A stretch of DNA of 32,044 nucleotides from an uncultured Acidimicrobiaceae bacterium (GCA_964458055.1 CAYWGY010000002.1:1508-33551); one strand, 5' to 3'. Counted from the stretch's first letter, positions 7,105-15,921 are shown. Translations and numbers: made by a program. Notes: generated by a model not told the origin, from the letters alone.

Positions 7105-9606
7105 CTACTCTTCACCGGAGTTTGGTGGATCCGTCGACATTCCTGCGGGTACCTCGATCTCGCTGCTGTGGAACCAGACCCCCACCGGGAGGTCGGCCGG
7201 CAGGTAGCGAAGGTTGGGGGTGATCGCCTCGCCGTCGGCGCCGACGAATCCCACTTCTGTCCGGCCGCCGGCAACGTGCCGCGCCCGGACCTTCCCGATC
7301 GAGACTGCACCCACCTCTACGTCCCCGCTCACGTGCCAACTTCCCACCGGTGTGTCCACTCCCAGGAATCGTTGCGGCGGCAGGACCTGGCGGCCGCCGG
7401 CAAGCATCACACGGTGTTCCAGGCGGCCGTCCTCGCCCATCCGTGCGATTATGCGCAACCGGTACGACTCGGGTCCGGATGCCGGTGCCGGTGGCGTATC
7501 GATACCCAGCAGCATGCGGAACTCGCGACTGTGGCTGATGGCGAGGCGTTGCAGGAAACGGAGGTTCGCGGTGCGGGCCGCTCCGATGGCGCACAGTGCA
7601 CTGTCTACCGCCAATCCGTGAATCGGCCGGCTGGCGCGCATTTCGGCGTCGAGAGCGAGCAACCGGTCGACGTCGGCCGAGTCTGTGGTCTCGAGCGCCT
7701 CGCGAAGTGCATCCGCTCGGAGATTGCAGGTCGCCTGGTCTGCCATCATCTCCCGTACGGCGGCGTCCTGCCATCCCCGTTCGGCGGCCCGGGCCGCCGT
7801 AACAGTCTCTCCAGCCGTCACTGCCGGTGCGACGACGCTTTCGGCATAGGCGACCTGGGAGTGGGCCACCAGCGCTTCCTCGAACGACAGGGTCGCGCCG
7901 TTGTTGATCCGATTCCGAAGGGAGCGCCAGGCTGAGGCCAGCCACGCAAACTCCGAGGACGCCCCAGCGGCTGCCTGCAGCACGGAGTCTTCGATCGTGA
8001 TCGGGTTGAGCGCCTCTCCGGCAGCCAGGGATTCGATCATCCCCGTTGCGCCGACGACAGAGGAGTATCGCCGCGCGAACGCCTCCAAGAGGGTGCGCGT
8101 CGACAGGTTTTCCACAGAGACCGGGGTCCGTCTCGCCCCATCCGACAGCGCCGAGATCCCCGGCCGCTCGAACACGCCATCCAATAGCTGAGTTTGCACG
8201 CCCGCCGTGTAGATCGCTTTGAGCCGAACCTGCTCATCCACTTCTGAGCCGGTGGCAGAGATCACCTCTGTGGTGACCTCCCCGTCGCCGTCGAATACCG
8301 CGGTTACCGTGTATCTGGCGCCGTCCACCCGCACGTCTACGGGGTCGAAAACCGGACCGTCCAGAACCATCACGTTCTGCCACAGGCCATGGAACCCGAT
8401 CTCGTTGCCATCCCTGTCGTAGGCGAGGACCGCCACGAACACCCACGAGGGGCCGGGCCGGCTGAAGATGACCTCGAACGGATCAAGGTCGCTGATCGAA
8501 GCGCTTCCCGCGCTCTCCGTTTCGGACCCGGTGTGATAGGAGACACCGGCTTGCCAAATCCCCCTGACAGGGCCGAGGCGCTCGAACTCCCGGGGCCCTA
8601 CCACGTACAGCAGGGCGTAGTCGCCAGGGGCGAGGTCACCCCCCAGGTTCCCGGCGCGGTAGTGGATGGGGACAGGGTCTCCCGCCACCACCACGGGGGG
8701 GACGTGAGCTGCCTCGATCTTCAACCGGGCCAGCTGCTGCTCGGCCTGCTCGTCCACCAAGTGGACCGTTAGGTCGAAGTCGGATCGCAGGGGTTGGTAA
8801 TCGCGCTCCAGGTAGGTGGTCGCCTCGATGAAGTAGCCACCGGCCGGCAGGTATTGGTCGATGAGGGAATTGCGCCGCTCTCCGCCATCGTCGTTGGCTG
8901 CGATTATGCCGCCCGACAGTGAAGCCAGGGACATGACAGGATCGCCGTCCTCCGAACTCAGAACAATACGCACGCGACCGCCCTGCTCGAGGTTGAACGT
9001 GTAACCGTGAGCGGGATGGGCGACGACGAACCGCGATCCGCACGTATCCAGCGTCCAGGACCCGGATGCGCTCAGATCGGCGCCCGGTTTCAGCGTGCCC
9101 AGATGCACCGGCTCGCAACCGGAAACGTAGCTGACGGAGATGGCGAAGTCGGCCGGTCCACGGCTCCGACCGCCGATTGTCGTTGCCTCGACCATGTATG
9201 TGCCGGGTTCCAGGTCTCGCTCCACGCGGGCATCGGTATTGGCTCCGCCGTCGTCGTTGTCAGCGATGCGGCTGCCGTCCTCTGTGAGCAGGTAGAGGTA
9301 AGGGTCGGCTTCTTCGGATGTCAGGTCGATCCGGACTCGTCCCGCCGTGGCGACTCCGAACCGATAGGTGTGGGCGTCGCTGTCGGCGCGGAACCGTGAG
9401 TCGCAGTCCTCGTTCGTCCAACGCCCGGCCGCCTCCAACGCGCCGTCGCTCAGCGTTCCGAGGTCCAACGCCTCGCAGTCCGTGGGCTCCTGCCCCAACA
9501 CGGTTTCCAATCCGGGAAGGGCAAGCACGCCCGCCATAAGGGTGAATGCGATGCAGGCTCGCGCCAGCCCGCGCATCCCCGATCGACCGACCATGACTCG
9601 TCCCAT
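7105..9606 (-). CDS. secreted multi-domain protein of unknown function (signal peptide, 2x PPC-like pre-peptidase C-terminal domains, central beta/alpha region, C-terminal repeat pair)
   Basis: 833-aa ORF with AAGGAG just upstream of the ATG. N-terminal signal-like segment MRGLARACIAFTLMAGVLALPG. Two tandem units of about 120 aa each carry C..LG.L...G.W..(D)C.SRF...H.Y.F......VRI.L.S...DP...L....G..IA.NDDGG, resembling bacterial PPC domains. I recognise no catalytic motif. Confidence 0.75.
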   Translation of the reverse strand: MGRVMVGRSGMRGLARACIAFTLMAGVLALPGLETVLGQEPTDCEALDLGTLSDGALEAAGRWTNEDCDSRFRADSDAHTYRFGVATAGRVRIDLTSEEADPYLYLLTEDGSRIADNDDGGANTDARVERDLEPGTYMVEATTIGGRSRGPADFAISVSYVSGCEPVHLGTLKPGADLSASGSWTLDTCGSRFVVAHPAHGYTFNLEQGGRVRIVLSSEDGDPVMSLASLSGGIIAANDDGGERRNSLIDQYLPAGGYFIEATTYLERDYQPLRSDFDLTVHLVDEQAEQQLARLKIEAAHVPPVVVAGDPVPIHYRAGNLGGDLAPGDYALLYVVGPREFERLGPVRGIWQAGVSYHTGSETESAGSASISDLDPFEVIFSRPGPSWVFVAVLAYDRDGNEIGFHGLWQNVMVLDGPVFDPVDVRVDGARYTVTAVFDGDGEVTTEVISATGSEVDEQVRLKAIYTAGVQTQLLDGVFERPGISALSDGARRTPVSVENLSTRTLLEAFARRYSSVVGATGMIESLAAGEALNPITIEDSVLQAAAGASSEFAWLASAWRSLRNRINNGATLSFEEALVAHSQVAYAESVVAPAVTAGETVTAARAAERGWQDAAVREMMADQATCNLRADALREALETTDSADVDRLLALDAEMRASRPIHGLAVDSALCAIGAARTANLRFLQRLAISHSREFRMLLGIDTPPAPASGPESYRLRIIARMGEDGRLEHRVMLAGGRQVLPPQRFLGVDTPVGSWHVSGDVEVGAVSIGKVRARHVAGGRTEVGFVGADGEAITPNLRYLPADLPVGVWFHSSEIEVPAGMSTDPPNSGEE

Positions 9607-10022
9607 CTCGACTCCTTCTTGTTCGGGTTGCTGTCAGATTGGGGCTTGTGTCGACTTGGGCCCCTGACGATCAGGCGCTGAGAGCAACCATCCAATGACT
9701 CTTAAATATCAGGGACCAACGGTAGCAAGATTATCCAATGTTCTATTGAAGGGTGACCTCCTGCAGACCGCACCCGGGTCGTCTCGGGGCCGCCGAAGCC
9801 GTGGTCGGCGAGGAGACACTGCACCCGTTGTGACACCCCTTCCCAACGCCGGAACCTCCACACTCTCCCAACCCCCGTCGACAACGAATCCACCTTCCGT
9901 CAAACCACCCCGACCCAACTCCTGGTTACTCAAACGCCTGTCTAGGACTGTCGGGGGCGATTCACCGGGGGATTCAAACGTTGGTTCAGTCGGTTACTTT
10001 TGAGAGGTATCCTTGGGCGGCA

Positions 10023-10241
10023 ATGGCACAGCAACTGGATGTTGACGCGATGATCGCTCGATACCGGGCGCGGGCGGAGGCCGTGAAGGAACGTCCGCTT
10101 CCCCCCGTGGCGGGAGCCGAACGACGCAAGTTCATCGCTCAGGCGGAGCAGGACTACATGGACTACGCCTTGGTTGGGGCGGCCGAGTGGTCGGTGGATG
10201 ACGGTCACCTGGTGTTGCGCATCCCCCTGGGAAGGGGCTAG
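10023..10241 (+). CDS. hypothetical small protein (72 aa)
   Basis: ATG at 10023 within ORF 9981..10241: MAQQLDVDAMIARYRARAEAVKERPLPP.... Composition looks coding-like and the stop lies 5 nt from the convergent ThyX-like stop. I recognise no family. Confidence 0.35.
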   Translation: MAQQLDVDAMIARYRARAEAVKERPLPPVAGAERRKFIAQAEQDYMDYALVGAAEWSVDDGHLVLRIPLGRG

Positions 10242-10246
10242 GCCCG

Positions 10247-11866
10247 CTACGCCCCCCGCGACTCTGCCCGTTTGGCGGAACGACGCTCCGATTCCAGCCT
10301 CTCCAGGTCGACTCCCCGGGTGTTCAGGAACTTGAAGGCGTCGGCGATCCTTCGGTGTCCCGCCACCTCGGCGATCTGGCGGTGCATCTCGATGCACACC
10401 CGGCGGTAGTTGGGATGACCGGCGGGTTGGGTGCGCAACTCGATGAGGTGCAGTGCTTGGCGGGCGTTCATCTCCATCATGAACCTGATGTGGAAAGCGA
10501 ACGGGACTGAATACTGTGCCACTTGGCGGCCCAGTGAGTCCCGTATCCGTTCGTAAACCTCCCAAGCTTCGCCCATCCTCCGTTCCCAGGTCGGGGCCAA
10601 CCCGGCGTCGTCCAGTTCGGCGGGACTGTCGTGGCCGAGGCGGGCAGTGAGGGGTTGCCACTCGATGGTCATCATTCGGTGCCGCTGCAGGTCGCGGAAG
10701 GCGCCGAAGTCGCAAGTGACATCGAATCGGTAGTAGCTTCGCTCCAGTGCCCGCCCGGGTTTGTGGCGCCGGTTGCCCCGTTCTCCCACCAGGGCGGCGA
10801 TCAGTTCAGTGACCTGGGAAGATGCCATCTGGCTCACCGCGTCCTGCAACTGGGCATCGGAGAGTTCGGAGACCCCGTAGAGGGCGGCGGCTGCCAACTT
10901 GCGCTCGGCGCCGGGATCCCAATCGGTGAGGACCACCTCCGGACCCGAGGCAGGCTTGAGGTCCAGACGGTCGGCCAATCCCTCCAAGCGAGCGGTGGTG
11001 TCTGCAAGGTAGCGGCTCCACAACAGGCCTCGACCGGGACGATCCACCCGGGTCAGGAAGGATGGGATCACCTTGCGTAGTTCCTTCAGCATCATGGCGC
11101 CGTAATCGCGAACCTCTGCCAAAGGGTGAGACTGCATGCGGATCATGGCCATCTCGTATGCCTGGCCGGTGGCGTAAACACCCACGTTGGAAACGGTGGA
11201 TGCTGGTAGCAGGCCCCGGATGGAGTCGAATGCCTTGGCGCGGATGGCAGCCCTGTGGATCCACTCGGGGTCCTCCGGCTGGCGCGGATGGCGCTTGGTG
11301 AAGTAGTCGATCATCACCGGACGCATCTGCCTGTAGGTGTCAAAGAGGCTGTCCATTGCCTCCAGGTACTCGCTCCGAAGCGGGGAGTCATCGATCTCGG
11401 GTGGGGTGAAGTACCGGTATTTGCCTCCCAGAGGCTGGTCGTAGGGGATGTAGCGGGTGGACTGTTCCAGGTAAGCGGCCAGCCGGCCCCATTCCAGCAC
11501 CTTGGTGAGCAGGTTGGATGCCTGTTCGCAGGCCAGATGGACTCCTCCCAGTTGCGCAACCGAGTCGTCTCCGTACTCATAGAAGACCCGGCGGTACAGG
11601 TCCTCCGCCCGCTTGAGTTTGAGAAGGGGATCATCTCTGCTCATCTCGGTGGCGATGGCCTCGATCCCGACGGTGGGATCGGCGACGAACTCGTCCAGGA
11701 ACAGCCGGCGCAGCGACTTGTGAGTGCGGCTGTAGCGGGCGAATAGCGCTCCCTTTACCACCTCGGGAAGGTTGATCAGGGCGAACACCGGTCCGTCGAG
11801 GTTGGTGAAGAAACGGCGTAGCAGCTTCCGTTCCCGGTCGGTGAAGGACTCACGGTAATAGGACAT
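10247..11866 (-). CDS. ThyX-like (Thy1/FAD-dependent thymidylate synthase family) fused double-domain protein
   Basis: 539-aa ORF. The N-terminal half has GALFARYSRTHKS and the C-terminal half has FGAFRDLQRHRMMT and MNARQALHLIELRT. These resemble the split ThyX signature (RHR...S.R) of the long single-chain Thy1-family proteins. Family assignment is from memory, not a search. Confidence 0.65.
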   Translation of the reverse strand: MSYYRESFTDRERKLLRRFFTNLDGPVFALINLPEVVKGALFARYSRTHKSLRRLFLDEFVADPTVGIEAIATEMSRDDPLLKLKRAEDLYRRVFYEYGDDSVAQLGGVHLACEQASNLLTKVLEWGRLAAYLEQSTRYIPYDQPLGGKYRYFTPPEIDDSPLRSEYLEAMDSLFDTYRQMRPVMIDYFTKRHPRQPEDPEWIHRAAIRAKAFDSIRGLLPASTVSNVGVYATGQAYEMAMIRMQSHPLAEVRDYGAMMLKELRKVIPSFLTRVDRPGRGLLWSRYLADTTARLEGLADRLDLKPASGPEVVLTDWDPGAERKLAAAALYGVSELSDAQLQDAVSQMASSQVTELIAALVGERGNRRHKPGRALERSYYRFDVTCDFGAFRDLQRHRMMTIEWQPLTARLGHDSPAELDDAGLAPTWERRMGEAWEVYERIRDSLGRQVAQYSVPFAFHIRFMMEMNARQALHLIELRTQPAGHPNYRRVCIEMHRQIAEVAGHRRIADAFKFLNTRGVDLERLESERRSAKRAESRGA

Positions 11867-11914
11867 CGGGGCAATAATGATAAGAAGTGCCAGGGATTCG
11901 GTACCGTATTGGCC

Positions 11915-12196
11915 ATGTCACCGCTGGTGTTCCGGGTTCTCATCGGTTTTTTGGTGGTGATCGCGGTCGTCTTGGCGGTGATCCCCTTGCTGGCGGCTTT
12001 GGACCTTGCCCGGGGAGGAAGCGGCCTCGGGATCTGTCCCGACGGGGTCTGGCTGTGCACGGATCCCTACCTTCCGGTGGTGCGGCTAACCGGCCTGGTG
12101 GCGGTGGCGATGGGGGCGGTGGCCGTCGGAATCCGCCTGGCCCGAAGGGGGCTGCGCTGGTCAGAGCGCGCCGGGAGGGCGACGCAGTCCCGGTAG
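11915..12196 (+). CDS. small membrane protein, hypothetical
   Basis: Two hydrophobic helices (LVFRVLIGFLVVIAVVLAVIPLLAAL and LTGLVAVAMGAVAVGI). ATG at 11915 (the track starts at TTG 11909). Divergent from the ThyX-like gene. Confidence 0.4.
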   Translation: MSPLVFRVLIGFLVVIAVVLAVIPLLAALDLARGGSGLGICPDGVWLCTDPYLPVVRLTGLVAVAMGAVAVGIRLARRGLRWSERAGRATQSR

Positions 12197-12230
12197 GCGG
12201 GGGAGTCTCGGATCGAGAGGTTGTCGCCAA

Positions 12231-12710
12231 CTACTCGTCCGCGGGAATGATGCCCATCTCTTTCAGGGTCTGGGTGGCGACGAACAACCCCTTGGAGGAA
12301 GCGCAGACCCTCTCCTCGGAGAGCAGTTGGGCGGCGATGAGCAGACGCTTTCCCCGTTGGCTTTCCACCCTCGCCCGGACCCATAGGTTGGGATCGTCCA
12401 CCGATGCGGGCCGGTGGAACTTGATCTCGAGCCGTCCGGTTACCGCCATGGTGTGTCGGGTGAGGATGGCCGCCCACACCGAGATCTCGTCCAGGGTCGT
12501 CGAGACCACGCCGCCGTGCAGGGTGCCGAATGTGCCCCGCAGTTCCACCCGGGGATGGAATTTGGCCACCGCGTATCCGTCATCGAGATGGAACCCGTCC
12601 ATGCGTAGCCCGTGGGGATTGGCTTGGCCGCAGGCGAAGCACCCCTCTCCGTAATAGGCGCGGAGATCAACGATCAGTCGGCTGGTTGCTTCGGTGCTGA
12701 GATCCTTCAT
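12231..12710 (-). CDS. PaaI-family (hotdog-fold) acyl-CoA thioesterase
   Basis: CFACGQANPHGLRMDGF followed by TLHGGVVSTTLDEISVWAA and GRLEIKFHRP, which is typical of PaaI/4HBT thioesterases. I chose the ATG at 12710 (MKDLSTE). Upstream in-frame starts at 12731 and 12800 would crowd the divergent nth start. Confidence 0.75.
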   Translation of the reverse strand: MKDLSTEATSRLIVDLRAYYGEGCFACGQANPHGLRMDGFHLDDGYAVAKFHPRVELRGTFGTLHGGVVSTTLDEISVWAAILTRHTMAVTGRLEIKFHRPASVDDPNLWVRARVESQRGKRLLIAAQLLSEERVCASSKGLFVATQTLKEMGIIPADE

Positions 12711-12769
12711 TGGCCGCGAGAGCCCAACCATAACGGTGGGAGAGATGCTCGCGGTCGGCGAGGAGACGG

Positions 12770-13471
12770 ATGCCCAACTACCATCGGGTCCGAGTGGCAC
12801 CCAAGCTCCTGTCGGACGGCAATCGGCCCCCCCCAGCCCGGAGGGGAAAGGCGCGGGCGGTGTTGAATCGCCTCATACGACGCTATCCCTCGGCGGCCAC
12901 CGCTCTCGATTACCGCGACCCCTGGGAACTGCTGGTTTCCACCGTCCTGTCGGCCCAGACCACCGACGAGAACGTGAACCGGGTGACCCCCGAACTGTTC
13001 CGGAGATGGCCCACCGCCGCCGACCTGGCGGACGCCTCCCTGGAGGAGGTGGAGAGCGTGGTGTTCTCAACTGGTTTCTACCGCCAGAAGACCCGCGCCA
13101 TTGTGGAGTTGTCCCGCGACCTGACGGATCGGTACGGTGGAGAGGTCCCCGCCGATCTCGATGAGTTGATAACCCTGCGCGGTGTGGGACGCAAGACCGC
13201 CAGCGTGGTGTTGGCGGAGGCCTTCGACATCCCGGCGATCGCGGTCGACACCCATGTGCGCCGGGTGACCGGACGCATCGGAATCACCACCCAGACCGAT
13301 CCCACCAAGATCGAAAAGGACCTGAAGGCTCTCTATCCAACCAAGGCCTGGACCGGCATCTCCATGAGATTCATACAGTTCGGCCGCGATGTCTGCGACG
13401 CTCGATCACCGCGTTGCGGGGAGTGCGAGATGCTCCTTGACGGACTTTGCCACTGGCCTGAGCGTTCCTGA
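12770..13471 (+). CDS. nth: endonuclease III
   Basis: HhH-GPD motif LITLRGVGRKTASVVL and catalytic region DTHVRRVTGRIG. C-terminal 4Fe-4S ligands CDARSPRCGECEMLLDGLC (C-X6-C-X2-C-X5-C). Confidence 0.9.
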   Translation: MPNYHRVRVAPKLLSDGNRPPPARRGKARAVLNRLIRRYPSAATALDYRDPWELLVSTVLSAQTTDENVNRVTPELFRRWPTAADLADASLEEVESVVFSTGFYRQKTRAIVELSRDLTDRYGGEVPADLDELITLRGVGRKTASVVLAEAFDIPAIAVDTHVRRVTGRIGITTQTDPTKIEKDLKALYPTKAWTGISMRFIQFGRDVCDARSPRCGECEMLLDGLCHWPERS

Positions 13472-13696
13472 GGCTGTTGCGCTGCTTCGGTGTTCAACCA
13501 CGGCTGCACCGAAGATGGCATCGAGAGAGCCCTGGCCAACCAGACCGGGTACCGAATGGACTACTTCCGAAGAGGCCCTCGCACGGTGGTTTGGGTTCGG
13601 TATGAAAGGCGATCCGGTTGGCGTGATGGTGGATGAGGAGGGGGGAGTGGTCTGTTGCACCTTCCGCTACGAGAAAAAGCACAGGAGAAAGTTGAG

Positions 13697-15028
13697 GTGG
13701 CGGTGACCAACGGGCCGGGCTGGATTCGAGGCCCCGCAAGGCATTGGGACCGTCGGATACTGGCGTTGGCGGCGCCCGCTCTGGGAGCGTTGGTGGCCGA
13801 TCCGTTGCTCTCGCTGGTGGACACGGCTTTCGTGGGGCGGCTGGGCAGAGTGGAACTGGCCGCCCTGGGGGTGGACGCCGCCCTATTCGGGATGGCTTTC
13901 GCCGCCTGCAATTCCCTGGCTTACGTCACCACTCCCATGGTCGCCCAGAGCCTGGGGCGGGGTGACCGCGCCGGCGCCTCCGGGGTGGTTAACCAGGCGA
14001 TGGTCACCGGCGCCGCCCTGGGGATCCTGGGGACCCTCTTCTTCTGGACCGCCTCGGATTTTCTGGTCGACCTGATGCAGGCTTCCGCCGAGGTGAGGGG
14101 CCCGGCGATCGAGTACCTGCGTATACGGGCCCTTGCCTTCCCGGCGGCGCTTTTGAACCTGGTCTGCCACGGGGTCTACCGCGGTTACCAGGACACCCGA
14201 ACACCCATGTGGGTCTCGGTGGGAGTGAACCTGTTCAACGCCGCCCTCGATCCGATCCTCATCTTCGGTGCGGGTTGGGGGCTTGCCGGAGCGGCCTGGG
14301 CCACTGTCGCCGCCCAATGGCTGGGGTCCGCCTGTTTCATGTGGCTCCTTTACCGGCGGGCCCGGAGAGAGAACTGGTCTTACCGGCTCTCGGGATGGGC
14401 CGAGATGCTCAGGTTCTGGGGTATGGGTGGCATGCTGGCGCTCCGAGCCGTGTTCCTGGTGACGACCCTGACTCTCACGGTCGCGGCCGCGGCGCGAGTG
14501 GGCACGGTGGAGGTGGCGGCTCATCAGATCATCATCCAGGTGTGGGCTCTGTGCTCATTCACCCTGGACTCGGTGGCCATTGCCGGCCAGGCGCTGGTTG
14601 CTGCCGAAGCCGGGCGGGGGGACACCGAACGGGCGCATGAGGTGACGAGGCGGCTGGTGTGGTGGGGCCTTGTGATGGGAGTGGTGATCGGCGCGCTGTT
14701 GCTGGCATCCGGCCCCTGGCTGGGGGGATGGTTCACCGACGACCCGGCCGCCGCGGCCGCCGAAGTGGTTCCCCACGCCGGGCTGATGCAGCCGGTGGCG
14801 GCCCTGGTGTTCGTTGCCGACGGGGTGTTCATGGCGGTGCTGGCCGTCCGTTTGCTGGCGACCTCCACCGCCTTCGGATTGCTGACGGCCATGGGGGTCT
14901 TGTGGGCGTCCCTGAATGCCGGATGGGGTCTCCCGGGAGTGTGGTGGGCGATCATCGTCATGATCGTCACTCGCTTTGCTGTCCTGGCGTGGGGAGCCCG
15001 GCAAGGATTGGCCCGCTGGATAAGGTAA
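13697..15028 (+). CDS. MATE-family efflux transporter (DinF-like)
   Basis: About 12 hydrophobic helices. The N-terminus RILALAAPALGALVADPLLSLVDTAFVGRLG is typical of MATE. I chose the GTG at 13697, 8 nt after AGGAGAAAG (the track starts at 13655). Confidence 0.85.
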   Translation: MAVTNGPGWIRGPARHWDRRILALAAPALGALVADPLLSLVDTAFVGRLGRVELAALGVDAALFGMAFAACNSLAYVTTPMVAQSLGRGDRAGASGVVNQAMVTGAALGILGTLFFWTASDFLVDLMQASAEVRGPAIEYLRIRALAFPAALLNLVCHGVYRGYQDTRTPMWVSVGVNLFNAALDPILIFGAGWGLAGAAWATVAAQWLGSACFMWLLYRRARRENWSYRLSGWAEMLRFWGMGGMLALRAVFLVTTLTLTVAAAARVGTVEVAAHQIIIQVWALCSFTLDSVAIAGQALVAAEAGRGDTERAHEVTRRLVWWGLVMGVVIGALLLASGPWLGGWFTDDPAAAAAEVVPHAGLMQPVAALVFVADGVFMAVLAVRLLATSTAFGLLTAMGVLWASLNAGWGLPGVWWAIIVMIVTRFAVLAWGARQGLARWIR

Positions 15029-15098
15029 ACCGGAGGAATAGCAATTCGCGGGCGGTAAGGTTCAGGCTGTGAATGAGAATGCCGAAAGGACCCGGTAA

Positions 15099-15872
15099 GT
15101 GGACTTTCTGAGCATGGGCACGGCGCTGCAGTTGGCTGTGGCTTTTGGAGGAGGGCTGCTGGCGTTCATCTCACCTTGCGTCCTGCCTCTCCTTCCCGGG
15201 TATCTGGCCATGGTGTCGGGTTATTCAGTGGCTGACCTGCAGAAGGGCGCCGCTTCCACGGCCAAGATGCTGCAGGCCACCTTGTTGTTCGTGCTGGGCT
15301 TCACCATCATCTTCGTCGCTCAGGGGGCGGGCGCCACTTCCGTGTCACGCTTCCTGCTGCAGAATCAGGTGGTGGTCACCCGCATCGCCGGCGCCGTGAT
15401 CGCGCTGTTCGGAGTGGTGATGGTGGGGATGTCCTTTTCGACCGGCGGGCTCTTCGCCTTCTTTGCCCGGGAACGCCGTTTCCATGTGGTGGGTTCCCGG
15501 TTCGGCTTCCTCACCCCGGTGGTGCTGGGATCGGCATTCGGATTCGGCTGGTCTCCCTGCATTGGCACGATTCTGGGCGGGGTGCTGGCGATCGCCGCCT
15601 CCCAGGACACCATCTTGGCCGGGATGCTGTTGCTGTTCGTCTTCTCTCTGGGCATCGGTGTTCCCTTCGTACTGTCGGGCATAGGACTCTCCAAGGCCTT
15701 CACCGCCTTGAAGGTGGTGAGAAAGGTCAGCCGCCCCCTCATGATCGGCGCCGGAGTCCTGATGACGGCTTTCGGGATACTGATGATGTTCAATGGTCTC
15801 AGCTGGTTGTCGAGGGTCATTACCAACCTCTTCGCCGCCCTGCCGCTCCTCAGTAACCTGACAGAGATCTGA
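15099..15872 (+). CDS. ccdA: cytochrome c biogenesis thiol-disulfide transporter CcdA (DsbD family)
   Basis: FISPCVLPLLPGYLAMVSG and GWSPCIGTILG Cys motifs with six hydrophobic helices. GTG start 8 nt after AAGGA. Confidence 0.85.
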   Translation: MDFLSMGTALQLAVAFGGGLLAFISPCVLPLLPGYLAMVSGYSVADLQKGAASTAKMLQATLLFVLGFTIIFVAQGAGATSVSRFLLQNQVVVTRIAGAVIALFGVVMVGMSFSTGGLFAFFARERRFHVVGSRFGFLTPVVLGSAFGFGWSPCIGTILGGVLAIAASQDTILAGMLLLFVFSLGIGVPFVLSGIGLSKAFTALKVVRKVSRPLMIGAGVLMTAFGILMMFNGLSWLSRVITNLFAALPLLSNLTEI

Positions 15873-15921
15873 TAGACCGCCCCAGCGCTCCTCCGGGAGC
15901 ATCACCAGTCGCCCCAAGGGT

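Noticed and set aside
13512-13706. 64-aa ORF (MASREPWPTRPGTEWTTSEEALARWFGFGMKGDPVGVMVDEEGGVVCCTFRYEKKHRRKLRWR) in the nth-MATE gap, preceded by an 8-bp hairpin (CTTCGGTG...CACCGAAG, 13485-13514).
   Set aside because: - No recognisable family or RBS.
- Several rare AGA/AGG codons.
- The ATG sits inside the hairpin.
- The 3' end overlaps the preferred MATE start and its RBS.

It cannot be excluded without comparative data.
15873-15921. Looked for a Trp-codon leader peptide or attenuator upstream of trpE.
   Set aside because: The gap is only 49 nt. It has no tandem TGG codons and no alternative hairpins.
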